Shown: positions 1 to 9,676, counted from the first letter of the stretch. The stretch: DNA of 64,000 bases from Akkermansiaceae bacterium (GCA_043747935.1 JAYTOE010000067.1:22859-86858); one strand, 5' to 3'. Notes: generated from the sequence alone by a model not told the origin. Made by a program: numbers and translations.

Positions 1-2
1 TT

Positions 3-695
3 CGCGATATGCCTCCCGGCTTCGACGCCGCTGTCCGCGCTTTCCTCGAGGAATGCGAGGTCGCCATCGTTGAGATCTCCAAGCTCCTCGACAAAAACAA
101 GATCTTCCGCGACCGCATGATCGACATCGGCGTGATCACCCGTGAGTCCGCCATCTCCTTCGGCATGACCGGGCCGAACCTCCGGGCATGCGGCGTGGAT
201 CGTGACCTGCGCAAAAATAGCCCTTACCTGGGCTACGAGAAATACGATTTCGACATCCCCATCACGGACGAGGGTGATTGCTACGCACGCTATCTCATTC
301 GCATGGAGGAGATGCGCCAGTCGATCCGCATCTGCCGCCAGGTGCTCGATACCATGCCATCCGGCCCGGTGAACCTCGCCGATCCCAAGGGCATGCTGCC
401 GGCGAAGGAGCGCGTAATGATGTCCATGGAGGAGCTCATTCACCATTTCATCGTCGCCACCCAAGGCATCGACGCACCAGAGGGCGAGGTCTATTTCGCC
501 GCCGAAAACCCCAAGGGCGAGCTCGGTTTCTACATCCACTCGAAGGGCGGCGGCGTGCCGAACCGACTGAAAATCCGCAGCCCCTCGTTCTGCAATCTCT
601 CCATTGTCTCCAAGCTCCTCCCCGGCCACATGGTCTCGGATATCCCGGCTATCCTGGGATCCCTGGACTTCGTGATGGGCGAGTGCGACCGTTAA
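3..695 (+). CDS. nuoD: NADH-quinone oxidoreductase subunit D, 5'-partial (runs off the window start)
   Basis: GEVYFAAENPKGELGFY, RLKIRSPSF and C-terminal LGSLDFVMGECDR are typical NuoD motifs; the frame is open to the window edge. Confidence 0.95.
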   Translation, partial: RDMPPGFDAAVRAFLEECEVAIVEISKLLDKNKIFRDRMIDIGVITRESAISFGMTGPNLRACGVDRDLRKNSPYLGYEKYDFDIPITDEGDCYARYLIRMEEMRQSIRICRQVLDTMPSGPVNLADPKGMLPAKERVMMSMEELIHHFIVATQGIDAPEGEVYFAAENPKGELGFYIHSKGGGVPNRLKIRSPSFCNLSIVSKLLPGHMVSDIPAILGSLDFVMGECDR

Positions 696-707
696 AAACA
701 AAACAAC

Positions 708-1394
708 ATGAACATGAAAACGACACTATCCATCGCCATCGCGATCTCACTCGTCCTGCCGCTCTCCGCCGCATACGAGAACTGGACGAACAAAGACGGC
801 AAGACCGCCCAACTCGAACTCGTGGAAGTGACCGGCGAAGCCGACGCAAAAGAAGGAGTTTTCAAGATGCGCAACGGCCGCAAGGTCAATATCAAAGCCG
901 TCGATCTCGCGGAGGCCGATGCGAAACGCCTCGCCGAATGGAAGCCTGCCGCGCCCGAAGCGGCGGCCGGTGAACCGAGCGTCTTCGACGAAGTCCTCGA
1001 CGGAAATCTCGTGATCCTGGATGGCCAGAAGTTCTCGAAGCACGAACTCGCCGCCAAGCCCAAGAAATACTACGTATTTTACTACACGGCTTCCTGGTGC
1101 GGCCCTTGCCAACAGTTCACGCCCAGCCTTGTGGACTTCTACAATACGAATAAGAACGAAAACTTCGAGCTCGTGCTGATCACCAGCGACGACAACGAGG
1201 ATGCCATGGAAGGCTACGCCAAGGCCAAAAAAATGCCTTGGCCGCAGCTCAAGCAATCCAAGGTCGCAACCTTCGAGAAGGAATTCAAACACGGAGTCAG
1301 CGGCATCCCCTCAGTGATCGTTTGCGACCTTGAAGGCAAGATCGTCAGCACCAACGGCCGAGATCTCGCCGAACTCGAAAAACTCGTAAAATAA
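708..1394 (+). CDS. Exported thioredoxin-like protein (SHD1-like N-terminal domain plus nucleoredoxin/tryparedoxin-like domain)
   Basis: Signal peptide; WTNKDGK...SHD1-like segment; active site ASWCGPC; FELVLITSD and GIPSVIV motifs. Confidence 0.85.
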   Translation: MNMKTTLSIAIAISLVLPLSAAYENWTNKDGKTAQLELVEVTGEADAKEGVFKMRNGRKVNIKAVDLAEADAKRLAEWKPAAPEAAAGEPSVFDEVLDGNLVILDGQKFSKHELAAKPKKYYVFYYTASWCGPCQQFTPSLVDFYNTNKNENFELVLITSDDNEDAMEGYAKAKKMPWPQLKQSKVATFEKEFKHGVSGIPSVIVCDLEGKIVSTNGRDLAELEKLVK

Positions 1395-1397
1395 CCG

Positions 1398-1958
1398 ATG
1401 TCATCCGCCTCACCCGCCGATCTGGTCGCCCCGCAGGTATCGCCCGGCAGCCGCCACTTCCCGCCTTTTGCCGTCACCCCGGAGCTTGATTCCGAGGCCG
1501 ACGGGCGCATCTCCCATTACCCGGAAAACAAGCGCTCGGCCGTCCTGCCTTTGCTCCACATCGTGCAGCATAAACACGGTTTCATCTCCTCGGAGGCCAT
1601 CGATTGGGTCGCCGCGAAGCTGGGTCTGGAGCCGATTAAGGTGCTGGAGGTCGTGACTTTCTATCCTGGCTTCCGCCAATACGCGCCGGGCAAATACCAC
1701 ATCCGCGTCTGCCGCACGCTCTCCTGCGCCCTCGGCGGCAGCTACGAGCTCATGGAGGATCTCTGCAAGGAATTCAGCATCGACCGCGCCTCCGCCGATC
1801 CCCATCACCACCCGATCAGCGTCTCGCCCTGCGGGAATTACTCGGTCGAGTTCGCCGAATGCCTCGCCTCCTGCGGCACCGCCCCCGTCTGCCTCGTCAA
1901 CGACGATTTCTACGAGGGCGTGGACGTCGGGATGATGAAGAAGGCCTGCGCGGAGTGA
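1398..1958 (+). CDS. nuoE: NADH-quinone oxidoreductase subunit E (2Fe-2S)
   Basis: RSAVLPLLH, EVVTFYP, CRTLSC and CLASC (four Cys ligands). Confidence 0.92.
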   Translation: MSSASPADLVAPQVSPGSRHFPPFAVTPELDSEADGRISHYPENKRSAVLPLLHIVQHKHGFISSEAIDWVAAKLGLEPIKVLEVVTFYPGFRQYAPGKYHIRVCRTLSCALGGSYELMEDLCKEFSIDRASADPHHHPISVSPCGNYSVEFAECLASCGTAPVCLVNDDFYEGVDVGMMKKACAE

Positions 1959-1961
1959 GTT

Positions 1962-2672
1962 TCACGACCCCGGAGCATCTGTCGTCTTGCTCGGCGGTGA
2001 CTTGATGAACGGCGGTCTCATGCCCGTCCCCGCATCGCCGTTTGCGGCTTGTGCCTTGATCGCTCCGGCGATGGCCTTCGCGAGCCTGTCACGATGCGAT
2101 TCCGATGCGATCAGCCGCGCTTCGGAGGAGTTGCTCAGGTAACCGCCCTCCAGCAGGACGCTGGGGATAGAGGGGTTTCGCGTGAGGCGCAGGCGGCGGC
2201 GGGAAAGGTCGGCGTTTTCCGAGTACGGGGCGACGGATTTCATCGCGCGCTGGCAGCGGACAGCGAGGCCGTGGGAATCGACGCGCCACCAGTAGGTTTC
2301 CGGGCCACGGCGGCTGGAGGAGCCTGAGTTAAAATGGAGGCTGACGAGGATGGCATCGGGATAGCGGTTCGCAAAATTAACGCGATCGTCGAGGTCGATG
2401 AAGCGGTCGTCGGAGCGCATCATCACGGTGCGGATAGAGCCGCTTAGTTCCCGGCGCAGGCGGTTGGCGAGATCGAGGTTCGCGTCCTTTTCCTTCTGTC
2501 CGGTGTAACGGCTGACGGCACCGGAGTCCTTCCCGCCGTGGCCCGCATCGATGATTACCGTCCGGAAACCTTGTGGGCCAGGGCGGTTGCCCCAGTAATC
2601 GCCACCCGAAGAGGAACCGAGCGGTGAACAGGATGGCAGGACAGCGATGAGACAAAGGAGGAGATAACGCAT
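1962..2672 (-). CDS. N-acetylmuramoyl-L-alanine amidase (Amidase_3), predicted lipoprotein
   Basis: IIDAGHGGKDSGA, EKDANL, VSLHFNS, SVLLEGGYLSN; lipobox VLPSC. Confidence 0.92.
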   Translation of the reverse strand: MRYLLLCLIAVLPSCSPLGSSSGGDYWGNRPGPQGFRTVIIDAGHGGKDSGAVSRYTGQKEKDANLDLANRLRRELSGSIRTVMMRSDDRFIDLDDRVNFANRYPDAILVSLHFNSGSSSRRGPETYWWRVDSHGLAVRCQRAMKSVAPYSENADLSRRRLRLTRNPSIPSVLLEGGYLSNSSEARLIASESHRDRLAKAIAGAIKAQAANGDAGTGMRPPFIKSPPSKTTDAPGS

Positions 2673-2677
2673 GGGTG

Positions 2678-2705
2678 AAAAATTAAATTTTAAACTTCAA
2701 ACTTC
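2678..2705. repeat. 4 x 7-bp tandem array (AAAAATT AAATTTT AAACTTC AAACTTC)
   Basis: Read directly; 5 nt upstream of the amidase ATG; similar arrays at 49526 and 50299. Confidence 0.75.
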
Positions 2706-3717
2706 AAGGACGAAGCGGAGGTTTCATGGCTTCTACTTTTTGGAAAAACGTTTCGAAATCACCGCCGGATTCCTCAAGGAGTTTTCGGAAGGTTCCGATC
2801 TCGCTGTTGTAGGTGACAAGGGCGAGCAGGTGGGCGTTGGTGAGGTCGAGACGCAGCCATTCCTCAAGGAGCTTGCCGCCCCAGCGTGCCTGGAGGGAGC
2901 GGGCGCGCGTCTTGAGCTTATCGAGTGTGGCGTGTTTTCGTTTCCTCATTTCCTCCTCAGGCAGTTCCGATGCGTAGAGTGCGCTCAGCTCCAGGCGCGT
3001 GGTCTCGATCTCATGGTAAAAGTCCCGCCGTCGGATCAGGCGTTCCTCGTAGACCTTGAGTTCGGCGCGGCGGCCTTTGGAGTTCAGCCATTTCCGCACG
3101 CCTTCTTCGGCTACCGCGTTTGCCAGCGATTCGTTGAACGTGGTCTCGCCGTTGCGGAAAATCCGGTTATGGGTCAGCTCGTGGAAGATGAGCTCCGCGA
3201 AGTCGATCTCCCGATACCCGGCAAAGGTGTTCAGCACGGGATCGTGGAAAATTCCGAGCGTCGAATAAGCGTCGGTGCCGCCGAGATGGATCTCGTATCC
3301 CTCCGCCTCAAGCTCCTTCGCGCAGGCCTCGGCCTCCTCCTCCTTGAAATATCCGCGGTAATCCAGCTCGCCGACCAAGGGGTAGTGCCAGGTCTTCGGT
3401 TCCAGCGAAAACTCCGGCGCGGCGTGCAACACGAAGACCACATGGTTGCGCCCCAGATCTGCGTATTTTCCATAGGCCGAGTGACCGGGTAGTGCCAGCT
3501 CGCGTCTGGCGAACTCACGCAGCTCTTCCGCAAGACGCAGCCTTTGCCGCAAGGTCTCCGATGTCGATGAATCCGCGATCACCTCCGCGCTCGGACGCGA
3601 TTTCCGCAGGATCTCGAACTGCCCCGCCACGCCCTGCGAATAGAATTGCAGTGTTCCGCATCCGGACAGAAGGAGAAGGGGAAATAAAAGGAAAAGTCGC
3701 GGCACGTCGGAAACCAT
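2704..3717 (-). CDS. Putative zinc-dependent aminopeptidase, lipoprotein
   Basis: Lipobox LLSGC; YRGYF, AYSTLG, ELIFHELTH (HExxH) and FNESLA motifs. Confidence 0.8.
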   Translation of the reverse strand: MVSDVPRLFLLFPLLLLSGCGTLQFYSQGVAGQFEILRKSRPSAEVIADSSTSETLRQRLRLAEELREFARRELALPGHSAYGKYADLGRNHVVFVLHAAPEFSLEPKTWHYPLVGELDYRGYFKEEEAEACAKELEAEGYEIHLGGTDAYSTLGIFHDPVLNTFAGYREIDFAELIFHELTHNRIFRNGETTFNESLANAVAEEGVRKWLNSKGRRAELKVYEERLIRRRDFYHEIETTRLELSALYASELPEEEMRKRKHATLDKLKTRARSLQARWGGKLLEEWLRLDLTNAHLLALVTYNSEIGTFRKLLEESGGDFETFFQKVEAMKPPLRP

Positions 3718-3793
3718 AGGCTGGGAATCTCAAAGGCCAAGGGATCTCGGCATTCACCATTTGATTTCCCCGATAAGCGGCTAGGCTGAGCCC

Positions 3794-4318
3794 ATGAGCA
3801 TCATCACGAAACGCGGCGACGACGGGGAGACCGACCTGATGTTCGGGAAACGGATCGCAAAAACATCCATGCGCATCGCGGCGCTGGGGGCGATCGACGA
3901 GCTGAACTCCGCGCTGGGTTTGGCGCGCGCGGCGGACACCGAAGGGAGGCACACCGCGGTGATCGACCGCGTGCAGAATCTCCTCTTCGGGCTGATGGGC
4001 GAGCTTGCGTGCCTGCCGGAGGATCTGGGGAAATACCGGGAAAAGGGCTATGCCGCGCTCACCGATGCGGATCTCGATTGGCTCACGGATACCGCCAAGG
4101 AGGCGGAGGCGAAGGGCGTCCGCTTCACGCATTGGGCGGTGCCCGGCGCTGAGGGTTCCATGGCGCGCGCGCACCTCGACCACGCCCGCACCGTTTCCCG
4201 CAGAGCCGAGCGGCACCTGCTCATGCTCCACGAAAACGGCGGCGAAGTGCCTCTGACGGTCCGCCTTTTCCTCAATCGCCTTTCCGACGCGCTGTGGATT
4301 CTTGCCAGGGGCGAGTGA
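3794..4318 (+). CDS. Cob(I)alamin adenosyltransferase, PduO type
   Basis: ITKRGDDGETDL, GAIDELNSALG, ARTVSRRAER, FLNRLSDALW. Confidence 0.92.
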   Translation: MSIITKRGDDGETDLMFGKRIAKTSMRIAALGAIDELNSALGLARAADTEGRHTAVIDRVQNLLFGLMGELACLPEDLGKYREKGYAALTDADLDWLTDTAKEAEAKGVRFTHWAVPGAEGSMARAHLDHARTVSRRAERHLLMLHENGGEVPLTVRLFLNRLSDALWILARGE

Positions 4319-4382
4319 GTTTCCCCTTAAATTTTCATTTCCTTCGCATTTCTTAAGGATTAATCTCCGCCAACTTCTTCCG

Positions 4383-5432
4383 ATGGATGAGACCTTGCTA
4401 CAACTGATCCGGGACGCCTTGCGAGGCGTGGCTACCGACGTATTCCTTGTGGAGGATGAGCAGCCGCGCATCCGCCGCGAGGGGAAAGTAGTGCCATTAC
4501 ATCCGGGCCCTGTCCCGCGTTTCGCGATCGAGGGGCTTTGGAAATCCTGCGGGGTCGATCCCGATACCACCAAGGAAGCCGATGTCTCCTGGCAGCTTCC
4601 GGAAGGAAAACGCATGCGCGTGAATCTCTACCATACACTCGGGCGGCTCGCGGCGGTGATGCGGCCCATCCGCGAGGATATCCCGAGCCTGCACAAGCTC
4701 GCGATGCCAGGGGATCTTCTGCAATCCTGGATGATCCGCGGCAACGGGCTCATCCTCGTCACCGGGCCGACGGGTTCCGGGAAATCGACTACCGTCGCGG
4801 CTTGCCTGAACTGGATCAACGAAAACCTATCCAAGCACATCGTCACGCTGGAGGATCCCATCGAGTTCCTTTTTCAAAACGACAACTCGCTCTTCTCCCA
4901 GCGCGAGATCCGGCTGGATACGGAGAGCTTCGCAAGGGCGCTGCGTTCTTCGATGCGGCAGAGCCCCGATATCATTTTCCTCGGGGAAATCCGCGATGCC
5001 GAGACCGCGCTCACCGCCCTGCAAGCGGCGGAAACAGGGCACTTGGTCGTCTCGACCATGCACAGCGGCGGCGTGGTGGAAACGATCGAGCGTTTCACAC
5101 ATCTCGTTGGCGAGAGCGGCGAAGGCGCGGTGCAGATGCTCGCCGCGCAACTCATCGGCGTCATTTCCCAGCGCCTGCTTCCCAAGTATGGCGGGGGACT
5201 TTTCCCCGCTCTCGAATACTTCCAGAACGAGGCAGCCACGCGCCGCTGGATTTTGGAAAGGCGGCTGGCCGATCTCCAGGATCACATCAACCGCTCCGAC
5301 GGCACCAAGAACTGCTCGGCGCTCGATTATCTTGTCGCCTCGGTGAAACAGAATTATCTGGAGTTGGAAGTCGCCCGCGCCGCGTGTGCGAAACCGCAAG
5401 ATCTCGATCGCGCGATGCGCGGTATCAGTTAA
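4383..5432 (+). CDS. PilT/PilU-family type IV pilus retraction ATPase
   Basis: Walker A GPTGSGKST, Asp box EDPIE, QREI, Walker B IIFLGE, His box STMH; start taken at ATG 4383 (MDETLL). Confidence 0.88.
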   Translation: MDETLLQLIRDALRGVATDVFLVEDEQPRIRREGKVVPLHPGPVPRFAIEGLWKSCGVDPDTTKEADVSWQLPEGKRMRVNLYHTLGRLAAVMRPIREDIPSLHKLAMPGDLLQSWMIRGNGLILVTGPTGSGKSTTVAACLNWINENLSKHIVTLEDPIEFLFQNDNSLFSQREIRLDTESFARALRSSMRQSPDIIFLGEIRDAETALTALQAAETGHLVVSTMHSGGVVETIERFTHLVGESGEGAVQMLAAQLIGVISQRLLPKYGGGLFPALEYFQNEAATRRWILERRLADLQDHINRSDGTKNCSALDYLVASVKQNYLELEVARAACAKPQDLDRAMRGIS

Positions 5433-5447
5433 AGAACAGAAAATCAC

Positions 5448-6539
5448 ATGCCACGCGAAATCACCGAATATCTGAAAGACACCGTCGCAAGGGGTGGCTC
5501 GGATCTGCATTTGAGCGCATGGGCGCCCGCCTGCGCGCGGGTGAGCGGATCACTTGTTTGCCTGGATGATGAGACGCTCGATCCCGGCACCGTCCGCGAG
5601 CTGATCACCGATACGCTCAGCGAGGCGCAGCGCGCGCGTTTGGAAGAGGATCTGGAGCTGGATTACGCATTGCAAGTGGAGGGTGTGGGGCGTTTCCGCG
5701 GTAACGTTTATATCGCTCGCGGCAATGCGGAGGCGGCGTTCCGTTTCATCAGGGAAGATATCCCGGATCTGAATGATCTGGGTCATCCTTTGGTCGTTCA
5801 CGATTTCTGTGGATTACGAGCCGGACTGGTGCTTGTCACCGGTATCACCGGATCGGGCAAATCCACCACGCTCGCCTCCATGGTGAAAAGGATTTCCGAG
5901 ACACGCAGCGGCGTGATCATCACGCTCGAGGATCCCATCGAATATCTATACCAACATAGCGCCTGCCTCATCAAGCAGCGCGAGATCGGCGGTGATACCC
6001 GCAGCTTCGCTAAAGCACTGCGCCAATCTCTGCGTCAGGATCCTGATGTGATCGTTGTCTCCGAGTTGCGCGATCTGGAGACGATACAAATCGCGATCAC
6101 GGCGGCGGAAACGGGGCACCTTGTGCTCGCCACGCTGCATACCTCGGACGCACCGCAGAGTATCGACCGCCTCGTGGATATTTTCCCGCCGGAGCAACAG
6201 CAGCAGATCATCACTCAGCTAGCCGGTGTGCTCGAGGGCATCGTATCCCAGCGACTTCTGGCTCGTGCCGATGGCGAAGGCCGCGTCCTCGCCACAGAAA
6301 TCCTCCGCCCCAGCTACGCGATTCGAAATTGCATACGCGAGCGCAAGATGGAGCAGGTCGTCGGCCTCATGGAGATCGGCTCCAAAGAGGGCAATCGAAC
6401 CATCGACCAAAGCCTCATCGAACTCTACGAGGCCGGTATCATTTCTCGAGAGGAGGCTTTTTTCAACGCCCGCGAACGCACTATCTTCGCCGACAAGCCC
6501 AAGGCCGCACCAAAACCGAAATCAATCTGGACATCATAA
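5448..6539 (+). CDS. pilT: Type IV pilus twitching motility ATPase PilT
   Basis: GSDLHL, GRFRGNVY, GITGSGKSTTLA, EDPIE, LRQDPDVI, AETGHLVLATLHT. Confidence 0.92.
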   Translation: MPREITEYLKDTVARGGSDLHLSAWAPACARVSGSLVCLDDETLDPGTVRELITDTLSEAQRARLEEDLELDYALQVEGVGRFRGNVYIARGNAEAAFRFIREDIPDLNDLGHPLVVHDFCGLRAGLVLVTGITGSGKSTTLASMVKRISETRSGVIITLEDPIEYLYQHSACLIKQREIGGDTRSFAKALRQSLRQDPDVIVVSELRDLETIQIAITAAETGHLVLATLHTSDAPQSIDRLVDIFPPEQQQQIITQLAGVLEGIVSQRLLARADGEGRVLATEILRPSYAIRNCIRERKMEQVVGLMEIGSKEGNRTIDQSLIELYEAGIISREEAFFNARERTIFADKPKAAPKPKSIWTS

Positions 6540-6542
6540 CCT

Positions 6543-7250
6543 ATGGAACCGCAGCACATCCGCTACATCCTCACACGCGCCGCGACAGCCATCGTGCTGA
6601 TCGTCGCCATCCTCTACGGCGTCGGCATGCTTAAGAAAAAGCAGCGCAAGGACGCGATCATCTCTGATCTGAGATCCGTTTGCAGCGATAGCTCATTCTT
6701 CAGCCAGTTTCACGCGGAGGACGCGAGCAAGGCGCTCGTCCGCGGAGTCGGTCTCATCGCGGAGGCGAAGCAGCTGGGCATCGATCCCGACGAGATCATC
6801 AGCGGCGGGCTGGGCATCGAAGAGAAATACTTTGCGATGGATGAGGATGACGAGGGTGAACCCATCCGCCAGACTATCATCCGCAAATGCCTGAGGGCGA
6901 ACTACGAGAACTTCCTCAAGCTCGGCTACACGCCGGATTACCATACGCTGCAGGGCATGAAAACCGGTGAACTCCCGCCTGTCCGCACCGGCCCCTCGGC
7001 GGGAACTCGCGCGGAGATCGGCACGATCATCGATGCCGGGCTTTCGCCGGGACTCGATCGCGTCGTCGCGAACCTTGAGATCCGCCCGCCCAGGAAGGCG
7101 AACATGCCGATGAATGATGTCGAGATCGCCAAAGCGAAACAACTCGCCAAGGATCTCTCCGACGCCGGTGTGATCGAGGTCGCAGCGGCCACTCGGATCA
7201 CCGAAAGCCTCACGCCGAAGCTGCCGGAGGAAAAACCCAAAAAAAGGTGA
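6543..7250 (+). CDS. Hypothetical protein with N-terminal membrane anchor
   Basis: Starts 3 nt after the pilT stop; hydrophobic helix followed by KKKQRK; genome-typical codon use. Confidence 0.7.
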   Translation: MEPQHIRYILTRAATAIVLIVAILYGVGMLKKKQRKDAIISDLRSVCSDSSFFSQFHAEDASKALVRGVGLIAEAKQLGIDPDEIISGGLGIEEKYFAMDEDDEGEPIRQTIIRKCLRANYENFLKLGYTPDYHTLQGMKTGELPPVRTGPSAGTRAEIGTIIDAGLSPGLDRVVANLEIRPPRKANMPMNDVEIAKAKQLAKDLSDAGVIEVAAATRITESLTPKLPEEKPKKR

Positions 7251-7436
7251 CGCTCCGTCCCCGCGTGCTGGTCTGCTCCATCGTGTATCACCGGAAAAAG
7301 TGACACCCGCAGACCGCAGGCCAATCCAGCCCTGCCTACGATGGGGGAGATGCGCGGTGAAGCCGTGCCGCAGCGACTCGGATGTGTCCCGCTCCGTAGA
7401 GATGAATCGCTGAAAAAGGACGGATATATCCATGTC

Positions 7437-7464
7437 CTTCGCGTTCCTTCGCCTCTTCGTGTTC
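7437..7464. repeat. Short degenerate tandem repeat (CTTCGCGTTC CTTCGCCT CTTCGTGTTC)
   Basis: Read directly in the intergenic region. Confidence 0.45.
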
Positions 7465-7537
7465 CTTTTTTCCTTTCCCCGCCTGCGCGGTTATCGCCAA
7501 CATGCGCCTGCAATCCAACCGCAATCCAACCACCATT

Positions 7538-8581
7538 ATGTCAAGACCTGTCACACTCTTCACCGGCCAATGGGCCGATCTGCCGCTTGAGAAACTCGCG
7601 CCGCTCGCAGCGGAGATGGGATACGACGGCCTAGAGCTCGCCTGCTGGGGCGATCACTTCGATGTCGATCAGGCCGCTTCGAAAAAATCCTACGTGAAGG
7701 AGAAATGGGAGCTGCTTTCCGACCACGGACTCACCTCCTACGCGATCTCCAGCCACCTCGTGGGCCAGGCGATCTGCGATAACATCGACGAGCGCCACAA
7801 GGCGATCCTGCCACCCGCCGTCTGGGGCAACGGTGATCCGGAAGGCGTGCGGAAACGCGCGGCGAAGCAGATGATCAAGACCGGCCAGGCCGCCCGCAAG
7901 TTCTTCGATGCGAAGCCCGGCCGCAAGGGCAAGGACGAGTTCCCCGCCGTGGTCAACGGTTTCACCGGCTCCTCGATCTGGCACGGCCTCTACGCTTTCC
8001 CGCCCACCAACCAGGCCTTCTACGACAAGGGCTTCGAGGACTTTGCAAAACGCTTCACGCCCATCCTCGATGCCTTCGATGCGGTGAACGTGAACTTCGC
8101 CCTTGAGGTGCATCCCACGGAAATCGCGTTCGACATCGCCACGGCGCAACGCGCGCTCAAGGCGGTGAAGAACCACAAGCGTTTCGGTTTCAACTACGAT
8201 CCATCCCACCTCGGCTACCAGGGCGTGGATTATGTGAAATTCATCCGCGACCTCGGCTCCCGCATCTACCACGTCCACATGAAGGACGCGTGGTGGGGTC
8301 ACGGCGACGGTTCGGTCGGCGTTTTCGGCGGCAGCACGGATTTCGGCGATGCCCGCCGCTTCTGGGACTTCCGCTCGCTGGGCCACGGCGATATCGAGTT
8401 CGAGGACATCATCGTCGCACTCAACGACCTCAAATACGCCGGCCCGCTCTCCGTGGAGTGGGAGGACATCCGCATGGATCGCGTCCACGGCGCCACCGAG
8501 GCCGCGGCGTTTGTGCGCAACGTCGATTTCCCTGGCTCCAATGTCGCGTTCGACGCGGCGTTCGATAAGAAGAACCAATAA
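7538..8581 (+). CDS. Sugar phosphate isomerase/epimerase (AP endonuclease 2 TIM barrel)
   Basis: [53 protein letters not shown]. Confidence 0.9.
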   Translation: MSRPVTLFTGQWADLPLEKLAPLAAEMGYDGLELACWGDHFDVDQAASKKSYVKEKWELLSDHGLTSYAISSHLVGQAICDNIDERHKAILPPAVWGNGDPEGVRKRAAKQMIKTGQAARKFFDAKPGRKGKDEFPAVVNGFTGSSIWHGLYAFPPTNQAFYDKGFEDFAKRFTPILDAFDAVNVNFALEVHPTEIAFDIATAQRALKAVKNHKRFGFNYDPSHLGYQGVDYVKFIRDLGSRIYHVHMKDAWWGHGDGSVGVFGGSTDFGDARRFWDFRSLGHGDIEFEDIIVALNDLKYAGPLSVEWEDIRMDRVHGATEAAAFVRNVDFPGSNVAFDAAFDKKNQ

Positions 8582-8593
8582 CCCGTCACGATC

Positions 8594-9676
8594 ATGTCAC
8601 TGAAAGTAGGAGTCATCGGAGCGGGCTGGATGGTGAAATATCACGCGGAGGGATTCCGCAAGGCCGGGGCGGAGATCGTGGCCGTGGCGGATCCCGCGCC
8701 GGGAGCTGCGGAGAAGGCCGCGAAGGATTGGGGGATCGCGGGCGTTTTCACCTCCGTGGAGGAAATGCTGGCCGGAGCGCCGGATATCGATGCCGTCAGC
8801 ATCATCGTGCCGAACAAGTTCCACGCCCCGCTTGCTCTGCAATGCCTGCGCGCCGGGAAGCATGTCTTTTGCGAAAAGCCGCCCGGCCTCAATGCCGGTG
8901 AGGTCGCGGAGATGGTCGCTGTTTCCAAGGAAACGGGGAAAACGCTGATGTTCAATTTCAACAACCGCGCTCGCCCCGAGTCGCAGGCGATGAAGGGTTA
9001 CGTGGATGACGGCACCACCGGGAAAATCAACTCCGCACAGGCGAAGTGGATACGCCGCACCGGCATCCCCGGCTTCGGCGGATGGTTCACCACCAAGGCC
9101 ATGGCCGGCGGCGGAGCGACCATCGATCTGCTTCACATGATCGATCTCGCCCTCTATTTCATGGGCTACCCGGAACCGTCGCACGTGCTTGCGAACACCT
9201 TTGACGACCACATCACCGATCCCGGTTTCAAAGGGCCGTGGGGCATCCCGGATCGCGTCGGCGGCACCACGGATGTGGAGAACGCCGTCCACGGCTTCGT
9301 GACCTTCAAGACCGGCCAAGTGCTCACCCTCCAGGTCTCATGGGCCGAGATGGTGAAGCGCGAGGAAGTGTCCGTTGTTTTCCAAGGCACCAAGGCGGGC
9401 GGCAAGGTCGAGCGCCTCTTTGGTCGCGACGGCCTCGATGACACGGCGATCGACACCTGCGAGCTCTACGTCCAGGAAAACGGCAACAGCGTGAACCGCA
9501 CGATCATCACTGAAGCCTGCGAGGACATGGGCCGGATCAACTCCGCCGCCAATTTTATCGACACGATCAACGGCAAGGCTGCGCCCTTCAACACCCCGGA
9601 GCAGGCGCACAAGCTCATGCTCATCATCGATGCCCTCTACGAGTCCGCTAACACTGGCGCGCCCGTGGCGGTCTGA
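8594..9676 (+). CDS. Gfo/Idh/MocA-family oxidoreductase
   Basis: KVGVIGAGWM Rossmann motif, HVFCEKPP, GGGATIDLLH. Confidence 0.92.
   Translation: MSLKVGVIGAGWMVKYHAEGFRKAGAEIVAVADPAPGAAEKAAKDWGIAGVFTSVEEMLAGAPDIDAVSIIVPNKFHAPLALQCLRAGKHVFCEKPPGLNAGEVAEMVAVSKETGKTLMFNFNNRARPESQAMKGYVDDGTTGKINSAQAKWIRRTGIPGFGGWFTTKAMAGGGATIDLLHMIDLALYFMGYPEPSHVLANTFDDHITDPGFKGPWGIPDRVGGTTDVENAVHGFVTFKTGQVLTLQVSWAEMVKREEVSVVFQGTKAGGKVERLFGRDGLDDTAIDTCELYVQENGNSVNRTIITEACEDMGRINSAANFIDTINGKAAPFNTPEQAHKLMLIIDALYESANTGAPVAV

Noticed and set aside
398-403. Avoidance of the predicted NaeI-like site GCCGGC
   Set aside because: Sites are readily found (398-403, 8438-8443); no depletion is evident by eye and none was computed
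1956-1958. Selenocysteine or read-through at the nuoE TGA
   Set aside because: All four Cys ligands precede the stop, the length is normal, and a convergent gene ends 3 nt later
7251-7537. ncRNA, riboswitch or small gene in the 287-nt gap
   Set aside because: No convincing ORF, terminator or known RNA motif in any frame; only a short repeat
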